64,000 nt of DNA from Bacteroidales bacterium (GTDB lineage: Bacteria > Bacteroidota > Bacteroidia > Bacteroidales > NBLH01), in NCBI GenBank assembly GCA_016937695.1, contig JAFGWC010000002.1, forward strand, positions 2,317 to 66,316. Reading direction: 5' to 3'. A program made the translations under genes and the position numbers. Position 1 is the stretch's first letter, and every line of letters begins with the position of its first letter. Below are positions 50,615 to 59,466 of this stretch, piece by piece. The notes below the pieces were generated by a model that saw only the letters and a list, made by a program, of their open reading frames with translations, was not told where the DNA came from and searched no databases.

Positions 50615-50794
50615 TTATTTTTTAACATCATAAAAACACCTTTTTGGCGAATATATTTTACCTTCGGCTTTTAATACCTTTATTAACTTATCAACTTCTT
50701 TTTTCTCAATTCCTGAAAGCTCAATTATTTCATTGGTTTTCAACGCCTTATCGGCATTTTCAAAAGTTTTCAAAATCTTTTCAGAATTATCCAT
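50615..50794 (-). CDS. small winged-helix DNA-binding-like protein (59 aa), absent from the ORF track
   Basis: Own translation: MDNSEKILKTFENADKALKTNEIIELSGIEKKEVDKLIKVLKAEGKIYSPKRCFYDVKK. Starts 15 nt after the rubrerythrin stop and ends 21 nt before the rubredoxin ATG. Confidence 0.6.
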   Translation of the reverse strand: MDNSEKILKTFENADKALKTNEIIELSGIEKKEVDKLIKVLKAEGKIYSPKRCFYDVKK

Positions 50795-50809
50795 AAACCA
50801 AATGTTTAA

Positions 50810-51385
50810 TTAGTAATTCTTTTCTTGTATTTCAAAATATGACTGAGGGTGCAGGCAAGCAGGACAAAGTTCTGGTGCTTTTTTGCCTTCATGTAAATAT
50901 CCACAATTTCTACATTTCCAAACAATTTTATCTTCTCTTTCAAAAACTCTTCCTTCTTCCAAATTTTTATATAATTCTTTATATCTTTCTTCGTGAGCTT
51001 TTTCAACTTTAGCAATTAATTTATAAGCTGTTGCAATTTCTTTAAAGCCTTCTTCTTCAGCTATTTTAGCAAACTCTGGATATAAATCTGTCCATTCTTC
51101 ATTTTCACCTTCGGCAGCAGCTTTCAAATTTTCTAAAGTTGTACCTATTTTTCCTGCAGGATACATTGCGGTAATTTCAACCATTCCGCCTTCTAAAAAA
51201 TTAAAAAATCTTTTTGCATGGGCTTTTTCGTTAATTGCAGTTTCCTCAAAAATTGCTGAAATTTGCTCTAAACCTTCTTTTTTTGCTTGTTTTGCGAAAA
51301 ATTCATATCGCATTTTTGCCTGAGATTCTCCGGCAAAAGATTTCAATAGGTTTTGTTCGGTTCTTGTTCCTTTTAATGTACTCAT
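50810..51385 (-). CDS. rbr: rubrerythrin
   Basis: Diiron four-helix-bundle motifs (E..A...[29 protein letters not shown]) plus a C-terminal rubredoxin-like CRNCGY...CPAC. Confidence 0.92.
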   Translation of the reverse strand: MSTLKGTRTEQNLLKSFAGESQAKMRYEFFAKQAKKEGLEQISAIFEETAINEKAHAKRFFNFLEGGMVEITAMYPAGKIGTTLENLKAAAEGENEEWTDLYPEFAKIAEEEGFKEIATAYKLIAKVEKAHEERYKELYKNLEEGRVFEREDKIVWKCRNCGYLHEGKKAPELCPACLHPQSYFEIQEKNY

Positions 51386-51439
51386 ATTTAGTAATTTAGT
51401 GATTTTAATTTATTAAGAATTTAAATTTTATAGTTAGAT

Positions 51440-52420
51440 TTATTCAATTCCGCCATAATATTTCATAAACTGAATTCTTTCAAAAGCGGTTGGATTTTCA
51501 ACTGAATCATAACTTAATTTACCTTTAAAATCGTCAATTGTTTTAAAGTTTTTCTTTTGCATCCAATCTTCAATTTCTTTAAGCATTATACCAATATGTT
51601 CTGGACCATTTTTATATATTGCAGAAACTACTTGAACTGCATTTGCGCCTGCAAGTATTTGTTTTATAACACTTTCGCCTGAATGTATTCCCGTTGAAGC
51701 TATTAGTTCCGCTTCTACATTTCCAAACATTAATGCTGTCCATCTTAAAGTTCTGGTATAATCTCCTTCATTACTAAAATAGTTAGAAGAGGTAATTTTC
51801 AACTTATCTATATCCAAATCAGGACTATAAAATCTGTTAAATAAAATAAATGATTTTACTTTTTGAGTCCAATCAAGTGTTCTGATTAAATTACTTAAGC
51901 CTGCAGAATAAAAATTTAATTTTAAAGATAATGGAATTGAAATTTCTTTGCTAATGCTTCCTACAATATCAAAGTAAACTTTCTCATAATCAGCACTTTT
52001 TCTATCAATATCTGTTGGTAAATTTGAAATATTTAACTCTAAAGCATCTGCGCCGGCTTCTTGAATTTTTTTGCCGAATTTCGTCCAAGAGCTTGCTGTT
52101 GTGCAGTTTATACTTGCAATTACAGGAATATCTACAGCTTTTTTAGTGCCTTCAATTACTTTAAGATATTCTTCTAAGCTTTTTTCTTTAGAATAATTTG
52201 TAATATAATCGAAAGCTTCGGCATACATTTCAGCATTATTCTTCATGTCTGAATATGCTTCATTCATTATTTGCTCTTCAAAAAGAGATTTTATAACAAT
52301 AGCTCCTGCATTATTTTCGGCTAGCTTTTTATTTTTTTCAACAGTATTTGTTAATCCTGAGCTTCCAACAATAATTGGATTTTTAATTTTTAAACCATTG
52401 TATTTTGTAGATAAATCCAT
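51440..52420 (-). CDS. dihydroorotate dehydrogenase-like (class 1 PyrD-like TIM barrel) protein
   Basis: MDLSTKYNGLKIKNPIIVGSSGLT..., GAGAIVIKSLFEEQ, GADALELNIS. Confidence 0.7.
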   Translation of the reverse strand: MDLSTKYNGLKIKNPIIVGSSGLTNTVEKNKKLAENNAGAIVIKSLFEEQIMNEAYSDMKNNAEMYAEAFDYITNYSKEKSLEEYLKVIEGTKKAVDIPVIASINCTTASSWTKFGKKIQEAGADALELNISNLPTDIDRKSADYEKVYFDIVGSISKEISIPLSLKLNFYSAGLSNLIRTLDWTQKVKSFILFNRFYSPDLDIDKLKITSSNYFSNEGDYTRTLRWTALMFGNVEAELIASTGIHSGESVIKQILAGANAVQVVSAIYKNGPEHIGIMLKEIEDWMQKKNFKTIDDFKGKLSYDSVENPTAFERIQFMKYYGGIE

Positions 52421-52557
52421 CTAATTATTTTTTAAGATTTGTAATTTATTAAGTTAAAAATAAATATTTTTAGATTTTTTTAACAATACAAAAGTATAAT
52501 AACTAATGTAATTTTTTGAAAATCTCATTTATTTAATTCATTAAAATTTTCAAAAGA

Positions 52558-53061
52558 CTATACTGGTGCAGTAAATTTTCTTAGTTTCATTTCTCTGTCA
52601 AGCATAAATAATCCGGCACCTTTTCCATCAATCATTTTTAACTGATCAAGAATGTCATTCACATTTGCTTCTTCTTCAACCTGTTCTGTAACAAACCATT
52701 GTAGTTGCGCTAAAGTTGCATGGTCTTTTTCTACATAAGCAATATCAACTAAATTATTAATTAAAGAAGTAACTTTTTGTTCATGTTTTAAAACAGATTC
52801 GAATACATCAATAACATTTTTCCATTCAATTTGTGGCGCTTCAATTTTGTCTAAAACTACTCTTCCTCCTCTGTCAATAATGTATTGATAAAATTTTAGT
52901 GCATGAAATTGTTCTTCTTCAAATTGTACTTTCATCCAATTTGCAAAACCGTTTAAATTAATATTTGCAAGAAATGATGACATTGAAAGATAAAAATAAG
53001 CACTATAAAATTCAGCATTAAGTTGCTTGTTTAATTCTGTTTCCAGTCTCTTATTTAACAT
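52558..53061 (-). CDS. ftnA: non-haem ferritin
   Basis: LNKQLNAEFYSAYFYLSMSSF, EEEQFHALKFYQYI, EQKVT...QWFVTEQVEEE: ferroxidase-centre ligand pattern. Confidence 0.88.
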   Translation of the reverse strand: MLNKRLETELNKQLNAEFYSAYFYLSMSSFLANINLNGFANWMKVQFEEEQFHALKFYQYIIDRGGRVVLDKIEAPQIEWKNVIDVFESVLKHEQKVTSLINNLVDIAYVEKDHATLAQLQWFVTEQVEEEANVNDILDQLKMIDGKGAGLFMLDREMKLRKFTAPV

Positions 53062-53099
53062 AATATTATTGTTTTAAATTTTCAAAAAACAAATTTATA

Positions 53100-53131
53100 T
53101 AAAAAAGGGATTAGAAGTAAATCTAATCCCC
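53100..53131 (-). terminator. rho-independent terminator after the SOR gene
   Basis: On the minus strand, GGGATTAG / CTAATCCC (53107-53114 / 53123-53130) followed by T6 (complement of 53101-53106). Confidence 0.6.
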
Positions 53132-53138
53132 GATTTTT

Positions 53139-53516
53139 TTAAGCTACTTCAACAATAACTTCGTCGCTTTGCCATAAACCATGTTTAGTGCAAAATGCCA
53201 TTGCAGTTAATTTTAGTTTCTTTTTTGGAACGATATAAAAATCTACTTCCAATTTATTTGATTCGTTTCCAAGTGCGCCATCAATAAAGTTTGCTTGTGC
53301 CAGCATTCTTTCACCATCCCATAATTGAACATAAGCAATATAATGATCAGGATCGTCGGGATGTGTATATTCATCGCCAACCATTACTTTAACTTTAAAT
53401 TTTTCACTAAGTTTTGCTGTTGATTCGCAATGTACAAAAGCTGAATGACGATCGATATAATCTTTTTTTGCTTCTTTGTCTAATGTTGAAATATCAACAT
53501 ACCTGTTTATTTTCAT
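53139..53516 (-). CDS. superoxide reductase (1Fe-SOR / neelaredoxin-type desulfoferrodoxin-family protein)
   Basis: 125 aa. His/Cys ligand contexts DRHSAFV, YTHPDDPDHYIAYVQL and FCTKHGLW match the SOR iron site. Confidence 0.7.
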   Translation of the reverse strand: MKINRYVDISTLDKEAKKDYIDRHSAFVHCESTAKLSEKFKVKVMVGDEYTHPDDPDHYIAYVQLWDGERMLAQANFIDGALGNESNKLEVDFYIVPKKKLKLTAMAFCTKHGLWQSDEVIVEVA

Positions 53517-53623
53517 GATTTTTAATTTAAATGTTTAATTATTAATTTAATGATATAAAATATATAAATTTAATATTATTTTCTTAATCTAATTAAAATA
53601 AATTCTTTATTTTTTATAAAAAA

Positions 53624-54255
53624 TTATCCTAATTTACTTAAATATTCAGCAACTCCTTCTTTTGTTGCTTTCATTGCAGTGTCGCCTTCATGCCAATTTG
53701 CTGGACAAACTTCTCAGTGTTTTTCAAAATATTGTAAAGCATCAACCATTCTTATTGCTTCATCTACATTTCTGCCTAAAGGTAAATCATTAATTAATTC
53801 GTGTCTTACTACTCCGTTTTTGTCTATTAGAAATAAACCTCTATATGCAACAGGTTCTCCAATAAAAGTTGCTTGTCCGTTATCATCATAATCCCATTGG
53901 CCAGCTAAAACACCAAAATTTTCTGATATTGATTTAGTTAAATCGGCGACAATCGGATATTTAACTCCTTTTATTCCGCCATTTTTTAATTCTGTTTGTA
54001 ACCATGCATAATGAGAAAATTCAGAATCAATAGAACAAGCTACAACTTGAACATTTCTTTTTTCAAATTCATTAATTTTTTCCTGAAATGCAAGTAATTC
54101 TGTTGGACACACAAATGTAAAGTCCAATGGATAAAAGAAAAACACAACTTCTTTTTTTCCAATGTATTGTTCTAATGAAAAATTTTCTACAATTTCACTT
54201 CCGTTTCCACTGCTTTTGCTGAAAATACTGGTGCTTTACGTCCTACTATAGCCAT
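53624..54255 (-). pseudogene. ahpC: typical 2-Cys peroxiredoxin (AhpC/TsaA type) carrying one frameshift and one in-frame TGA
   Basis: ATG (rc of 54253-54255) gives MAIVGRKAPVFSAKAVETEVKL*. The -1 frame continues ..GNGSEIVENFSLEQYIGKKEVVFFFYPLDFTFVCPTE...ALQYFEKH then TGA (rc of 53714-53716), and continues in frame EVCPANWHEGDTAMKATKEGVAEYLSKLG*. The TGA sits where the family has Gly (H-G-E-V-C-P). Confidence 0.8.
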
Positions 54256-54293
54256 ATTTTTTAAAATTTAATTTGTTTGTTTTAGTTTAATTT

Positions 54294-54328
54294 GGCATGT
54301 AAAAATGAAGTTGTCAAATTTACATGCC
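54294..54328. other. 10-bp perfect intergenic hairpin between prx and ahpC
   Basis: GGCATGTAAA (54294-54303) / TTTACATGCC (54319-54328). The T-run lies only on the plus side, so its role as a terminator for the minus-strand prx is uncertain. Confidence 0.4.
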
Positions 54329-54345
54329 TTTTAGATTTATTTATA

Positions 54346-55020
54346 TTATTTTTTTAATTGTTTGTGACATAACCACCAATCGTAGCATTCAATTTCACCT
54401 GATTTTGCTCTGGCTAATCTATCCTGAATTGCTTTTTTATCGGTTGCCGGCGGAACAATAACTCTATCTTTAAGTATTTCATTATTAGGCCATTGTGCTG
54501 GCATCGCAACTTTATTTTTATCAGATACTTGCATTCCTTCAAGTGCTCTTAAAATTTCATCCATATTTCTACCTAATTCTTGTGGATAGTAGAAAATAAT
54601 TCTGAATTTCCCTGCTGGGTCGACAATAAATACCGCTCTTACAGTATTTGTGCCTTTTCCTGGATGAATTAAACCTAATGTTTCTGCAACTGCGCCAGTA
54701 TCAGCAATAATAGGGAATTCAATTTCTACATTCATATTGTCTTTAATCCACTCTTCCCATTTTAGGTGAGCAAAAACTTGGTCAACGCTTAAACCAATAA
54801 GTTCTGCATCTAAAACTCTAAACTTATCATATCTTTGTTGAAATGCAATAAATTCTGTAGTACAAACAGGTGTAAAATCAGCCGGATGACTAAATAAAAC
54901 AAACCATTTTCCTTTATAATCACCGGGTAAATTAATCATACCATGAGTTGTTTGTACTTTCATTTCAGGGAAACTGTCGCCTAACAAAGGCATTCCTTTT
55001 CTTTCATTTTGATTTTCCAT
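54346..55020 (-). CDS. peroxiredoxin, Prx6/archaeal-like subfamily
   Basis: [15 protein letters not shown] (peroxidatic Cys), DPAGKFR and a C-terminal [10 protein letters not shown] (C.DWW.C motif of this subfamily). Confidence 0.88.
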   Translation of the reverse strand: MENQNERKGMPLLGDSFPEMKVQTTHGMINLPGDYKGKWFVLFSHPADFTPVCTTEFIAFQQRYDKFRVLDAELIGLSVDQVFAHLKWEEWIKDNMNVEIEFPIIADTGAVAETLGLIHPGKGTNTVRAVFIVDPAGKFRIIFYYPQELGRNMDEILRALEGMQVSDKNKVAMPAQWPNNEILKDRVIVPPATDKKAIQDRLARAKSGEIECYDWWLCHKQLKK

Positions 55021-55084
55021 TTTTCTTTCTTTTTTTATTAATAATTAATTTTATTTAAGGATTACAAAAATTTGTATATGCAAA

Positions 55085-55495
55085 CTAATCCATACAATTT
55101 ACACATATTCCGTTTAAATACAGATGTGTTTTTTCAATTTTAAAATTTTGAAGATTCTTAATGCTTAAATTTGAATTTTCATAATTGAAATCATATAGTT
55201 TTCCACATTTACTGCACTTAAAATGCCCATGATTACTAACATCAGCATCATATCTTGTTTCGTTATCTTCAATATTGACAACAGAAACAATTTTGTGTTC
55301 AACAAATAATTTCAAAGTATTGTAAATAGTTGTTTTAGAAAGAGTTGGTATATCATTAACCAGTTCTTTATAAATCATATCAACAGTTGGATGATTCATT
55401 TTATCAACTAAATATTCAAAAACTTTAATTCTTTGAAATGAAGGTTTTATTTCATTCTCTTTTAAATAATCACCTATATTGCTTTCAAATTTCAT
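55085..55495 (-). CDS. Fur-family metalloregulator, PerR-like by context
   Basis: 136 aa. PSFQRIKVFEYL...HPTVDMIY...LSKTTIYNTLKLF winged helix. HGHFKCSKCG and GICVNC form the structural Zn Cys4 site. First gene of the oxidative-stress gene string. Confidence 0.8.
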   Translation of the reverse strand: MKFESNIGDYLKENEIKPSFQRIKVFEYLVDKMNHPTVDMIYKELVNDIPTLSKTTIYNTLKLFVEHKIVSVVNIEDNETRYDADVSNHGHFKCSKCGKLYDFNYENSNLSIKNLQNFKIEKTHLYLNGICVNCMD

Positions 55496-55507
55496 ATCGT
55501 TTCATTT

Positions 55508-55522
55508 TTGTAATCATTACAA
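55508..55522. promoter_or_regulatory. 7-1-7 inverted repeat, candidate PerR/Fur box
   Basis: TTGTAAT C ATTACAA, a perfect 7-1-7 palindrome 13 bp upstream of the Fur-family ATG (55495). Same architecture as the Bacillus PerR box TTATAATNATTATAA. Confidence 0.5.
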
Positions 55523-55752
55523 ATATATAATCATTTCATTTAATCGCCAAATTTTTTCATGATTTTTTTTGAAAAAGATTTATAATTTACGAATATAATA
55601 TTGAAAATCAAAGTTTTACATCATATAATTTAATTTATAAAAAATACATATTTGTAAATTATTAGTAGTTAAATAGTAAGTAATAATGAATATATTTTTA
55701 TATTTATAACAAAAATTACATTTTTTACAATAAATTTTATCCTTTACCTTAA

Positions 55753-55959
55753 ACCAATGAAGAAAATTTATATAATGCAGATGTTACAGTTATAGTTGCC
55801 GGAATTGCAGGCATTACAGCAACTTTAGAGCTTCTTGATGCAGGAAAATCAGTAATATTAATAGACAGATATACTAAAGAAAGATTTGGCGGACTTGCTA
55901 AAGAATCGTTTGGAGGAATGTTTTTTGTAAACTCGCCGCAGCAAAAAGCTCATAAATAA
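55753..55959 (+). pseudogene. N-terminal remnant of an FAD-binding dehydrogenase (about 68 codons, no usable start, truncated)
   Basis: Own translation: TNEENLYNADVTVIVAGIAGITATLELLDAGKSVILIDRYTKERFGGLAKESFGGMFFVNSPQQKAHK*. This is a Rossmann GxGxxG start followed by the GG.....FGG.F.VNSP.Q motif of COG3573-type FAD dehydrogenases, which are about 550 aa. The nearby ATG (55757) is out of frame. Confidence 0.6.
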
Positions 55960-56021
55960 AAGATAGTAAGAAATTGGCTCCGTTTAACTAGAAAAACTAA
56001 AGAATTGAAAACATATTTAGT

Positions 56022-57140
56022 TTAAATTCTTTTCTCATAAACTCTGTAACGCTTATAAATTTCGGCGCCAAGTCGTTCCATTTCGGCACGCATTGGTTTA
56101 TTTTCTTCCATAACTAAATGAGAATCAATGTATTCCAATCCAACTTTAGAAGCGCTTTCTAAAAGACTAACGGCCATCATTGTATCAATTCCTCTATTTC
56201 GATATTCTTCATCAATTGCTCCTAACAATAGATTTAGTTGATTTGTTTTTTTGCCTGATTTTAAAATATGAAATATCCCAAAAGGAAATAATCTGCCTTT
56301 TGCTTTTCTTATTCCTTCGCTTAAATCGGGCATTGCTATTACAAAAGCTAATAATTTATCATCTTTTCCTAATGCTATTTTTACTAGTTTGGGATTTAAT
56401 AAATAAATATATCTGTTTGCAAATTCAAATATTTCTTTATCATGAAAAGGCGCAAATCCAAAAATATTAGTATAAGTTTGATTAATTAAATTAAAAACCG
56501 GAAGAATATATGGTTTTAGCTTTTTTCTATTCTCAAATTCAATTATTTTATATCCGTTTTTATAAGCTCGTTCTGCAACATCTTGATATAATTGAGGAAT
56601 AACTTTTGGTATTTCAACTTTATACTGAACTAAATCAAGCTTTTTTGAAAATCCGTTTGCTTCTACAAAATTATTCAAATATTTAAAACTATGATTTGTA
56701 ACAATTACTGTTGGTTTATCATATCCTTCAATTAATAATCCTTGCGGTTCTTTATCGCTAAAACCAAAAGGACCAATTAGCTGCTCCATTTTATGATCTT
56801 TTGCCCAAGTTTCTACTTTTTGCAAAAGCGCATCTGCAACTTGCTGATTATCATACGTTTCAAGAAAACTGAATCGCGCTTGTTTTTGATTATTGGCATT
56901 ATTATATTTATGATTTATAATTCCCATTATTCGGCCAACAGGAATATCATTTTCATAAGCTAAATACAAAACTGTATCGGAATAAGAATATGTATGATTT
57001 TTCTTTTTTGAGTAAAATGTAAATTCATCAGAATAAATTGGATGAAGCCAATTTTTATGCGCCTGATGTATTTTTTCGGGAAGATATATATATGTTTTTA
57101 GGTCTTTTTTTGTTTTTACTTCTTTAATTATTATTGTCAT
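56022..57140 (-). CDS. GNAT-like acyltransferase family protein (372 aa)
   Basis: Layout typical of the Bacteroidota ~370-aa GNAT-related family (VGRIMGIINHKYN..., C-terminal ..RNRGIDTMM..., MEENKPMRAEMERLG). Confidence 0.5.
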   Translation of the reverse strand: MTIIIKEVKTKKDLKTYIYLPEKIHQAHKNWLHPIYSDEFTFYSKKKNHTYSYSDTVLYLAYENDIPVGRIMGIINHKYNNANNQKQARFSFLETYDNQQVADALLQKVETWAKDHKMEQLIGPFGFSDKEPQGLLIEGYDKPTVIVTNHSFKYLNNFVEANGFSKKLDLVQYKVEIPKVIPQLYQDVAERAYKNGYKIIEFENRKKLKPYILPVFNLINQTYTNIFGFAPFHDKEIFEFANRYIYLLNPKLVKIALGKDDKLLAFVIAMPDLSEGIRKAKGRLFPFGIFHILKSGKKTNQLNLLLGAIDEEYRNRGIDTMMAVSLLESASKVGLEYIDSHLVMEENKPMRAEMERLGAEIYKRYRVYEKRI

Positions 57141-57165
57141 AAAAATAGTATTTAATTTACTGATA

Positions 57166-58041
57166 TTAAGTTACTTGAATTGATTTTTCATGAAATTTCA
57201 AATATGTTTTTTCTGCAATAAAATATAAAATCGGTACAGAAATAAAACCGCCAACAACATCTAAAACATAATGCGCTTTCATATATACTGTTGAAAAACA
57301 AATAAGAACTGCAAAAAGCATCACAATATATAATAATTTTGGATATTCTTTATAAACGATATAAACAAATATCAAACTTATGCCTACATGTGAGCTTGGA
57401 AAAGCGCCGGTTGGTGTTTCGCCATTTTCTTGTATAAAAAACATAATTTTGTGAAATATTCCTGAATCGGGTAATATTCTTAAATCTAAAGGAAAATAAA
57501 ATTGTGGACCAACTACCGGAAATATTGCGAAAAGCAAATAATAAGTGTAAAATGAAAATATTAATATAAAGTAATATTTATCAAAAAATTTGTTTGATTT
57601 TGCATACAATAAAACAGGAATTCCTATAACTAATAAATAAAAAGAAAAATAGGAAAAATTCATTAACTCACTAAACCACAACATGTTATATTTTTGACTA
57701 AATAATATTGATGGCTGAAAATTAAATATGTTTTGTTCTAAGTTTACAAAAAACAAATCTAAATTTTCGAAAAAAATATTATTATAATATCCTGTTTCGC
57801 CATAAAAATATGCTGTAAAAATAAGCGGATAAAAAACTCTTAATAGTTTTAAAAGTTTTGATTTTTTAATATCATTAAAATAAATTAATAAAATGGCGAT
57901 AATTGCACTTATAATTCTAATTGAGATTAAAAATTGAAAATTTTCGGTTTTACCTGAACCGACTATAATTAAAAGGAAGGTTAATGTCAGAAAAATAAAA
58001 AAAACAATATCGGAAAGATTTATTAAAGCTTTTAATTTCAT
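57166..58041 (-). CDS. PAP2-family membrane phosphatase
   Basis: AFPSSHVG (motif C2, PSGH-like) and AHYVLDVVGG (motif C3, SR..HY..DV). Multi-TM. Confidence 0.75.
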   Translation of the reverse strand: MKLKALINLSDIVFFIFLTLTFLLIIVGSGKTENFQFLISIRIISAIIAILLIYFNDIKKSKLLKLLRVFYPLIFTAYFYGETGYYNNIFFENLDLFFVNLEQNIFNFQPSILFSQKYNMLWFSELMNFSYFSFYLLVIGIPVLLYAKSNKFFDKYYFILIFSFYTYYLLFAIFPVVGPQFYFPLDLRILPDSGIFHKIMFFIQENGETPTGAFPSSHVGISLIFVYIVYKEYPKLLYIVMLFAVLICFSTVYMKAHYVLDVVGGFISVPILYFIAEKTYLKFHEKSIQVT

Positions 58042-58042
58042 T

Positions 58043-58270
58043 TTATATTTTTAAGCCGATAAAAATATAAAAAATATAAATATTAAGTTTCATAGAATTT
58101 ATATTGATAATATATTTTCTGTTAATTCTAAAAAACTCCTTCAGATTTACAAGATTTTCAATCTGATCTAAAGAAAAATCAATAAGGTAATTATTATTGC
58201 TTTTTGTAAGAATAAATGAGGCTTTTTCCATACTGTAAAAACAATTAATATTCTCAGTTTCGATTGGTTT
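58043..58270 (-). pseudogene. remnant of a LytTR DNA-binding domain (no receiver domain, no proper start)
   Basis: ..ENINCFYSMEKASFILTKSNNNYLIDFSLDQIENLVNLKEFFRINRKYIININ matches the LytTR core (F.RihRSyiVN). The reading frame is open only from 58270, and the C-terminal 15 aa are hydrophobic junk. Confidence 0.5.
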
Positions 58271-58275
58271 CTAAA

Positions 58276-59466
58276 TCATTTAAATTTTTTATTGATGATT
58301 TCTCTTTTCGAAATTTCAATCCAATTATCGCCTGTTAATTCATATTTAGTAACTATTGTTTTTGTTCCTTTGTAGTCGCCATTTTCATAATACAAATTCC
58401 AATGGAAAATTTCTTTTGTTTTAGGATTTGTTTGATAAAGAATTTCTCTAAAATCTTTTGCCGTTATTTTATTAAAACATTCCGGAAATCTATATGAAAA
58501 AATATATTCCCAATTATCTGATATAAACTTACCGTTTCTCAACAAATTGGCTATTGAATCAAATTCTTGAAATTCGTATGTTATTAGTATAGAATGTGTT
58601 CTGTTTATTTTTCTGAACAATTTATCTGAAAAGCTTTCGTGTTTTTGCATATGCATTTTCAGATTTCCATTTAAAAAATATTCATTTTTCGTGTCTTTAT
58701 TTATTGATATTTTTATTTTCCCGTTTTCAAAATACTCTGTGTAATTTTTATTCTTATTTTTAAAATAATATTCTGATTTTAGCTTTCCGTTTTGATAATA
58801 TTTTTTTTCAATTCCTAATTTTGAATCTTTGTAATTCAAGCAATTACCGTTTTTATCATAATTTATTCTTAAAACTTCATGATATTTTTGGCCTGCAAAT
58901 TTGTATCTTTTTTTATAAGGATAATAAATACTTTTTACATTTCCGTTTCTGTAAAATTCTTTTAAAGTATCAATTACTTGTCCGTTTTTAAAAACACTTG
59001 TTAAGCGCATTTTACCATTATAATAATAATCGGTTAATTTTCCATTGCATAAACTATCGCAATTAAAATATTCAGAAAATGGCGGATTGCTCATGTAACT
59101 TACATTATTTATTTTGGGAAGATAAAATGTATCACTCGAAAAACCAAACGTTTCAATTTTTATATCAAAAGCTTCATCTGTATTCAGATTTATATACATT
59201 TTGTACACGCCTGTGTCGGGCAAATCAGCAATATTTCCTTCATAATTGAGATTACCAAAATATTTTGGGCTGCCAATAACTGTATAGTTAGTTTCTTCTT
59301 CAATTTTATGTGTACATTGATTTACAAACACAGCTTTGAATCTAACTTTTTGGGCATTGCTAAACAAACTGCTTGCAATAAATATTATTGTAAAAAATAT
59401 TTTTAGTTTCATTAATAAAATATTAGAATATTTTGTGTTAATCTTTAATTTAAAGCTATAAATCAA
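58276..59466 (-). CDS. secreted MORN-variant (YwqK-type) repeat protein
   Basis: Signal peptide, then repeated YYNGKMRL, FYRNGNVKS, YYQNGKLKSEYY, YFENGKIK, YFLNGNLK, YYENGDYKG units. Confidence 0.65.
   Translation of the reverse strand: MIYSFKLKINTKYSNILLMKLKIFFTIIFIASSLFSNAQKVRFKAVFVNQCTHKIEEETNYTVIGSPKYFGNLNYEGNIADLPDTGVYKMYINLNTDEAFDIKIETFGFSSDTFYLPKINNVSYMSNPPFSEYFNCDSLCNGKLTDYYYNGKMRLTSVFKNGQVIDTLKEFYRNGNVKSIYYPYKKRYKFAGQKYHEVLRINYDKNGNCLNYKDSKLGIEKKYYQNGKLKSEYYFKNKNKNYTEYFENGKIKISINKDTKNEYFLNGNLKMHMQKHESFSDKLFRKINRTHSILITYEFQEFDSIANLLRNGKFISDNWEYIFSYRFPECFNKITAKDFREILYQTNPKTKEIFHWNLYYENGDYKGTKTIVTKYELTGDNWIEISKREIINKKFK

Noticed and set aside
53714-53716. The in-frame TGA in ahpC read as selenocysteine or as a TGA=Gly genetic code
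   Set aside because: TGA clearly terminates other genes here (the BlaI-like gene at 3515-3517, the MCP at 17134-17136). The codon aligns with a conserved Gly, not a redox Cys. I see no SECIS-like hairpin immediately downstream. The same gene also carries a frameshift.
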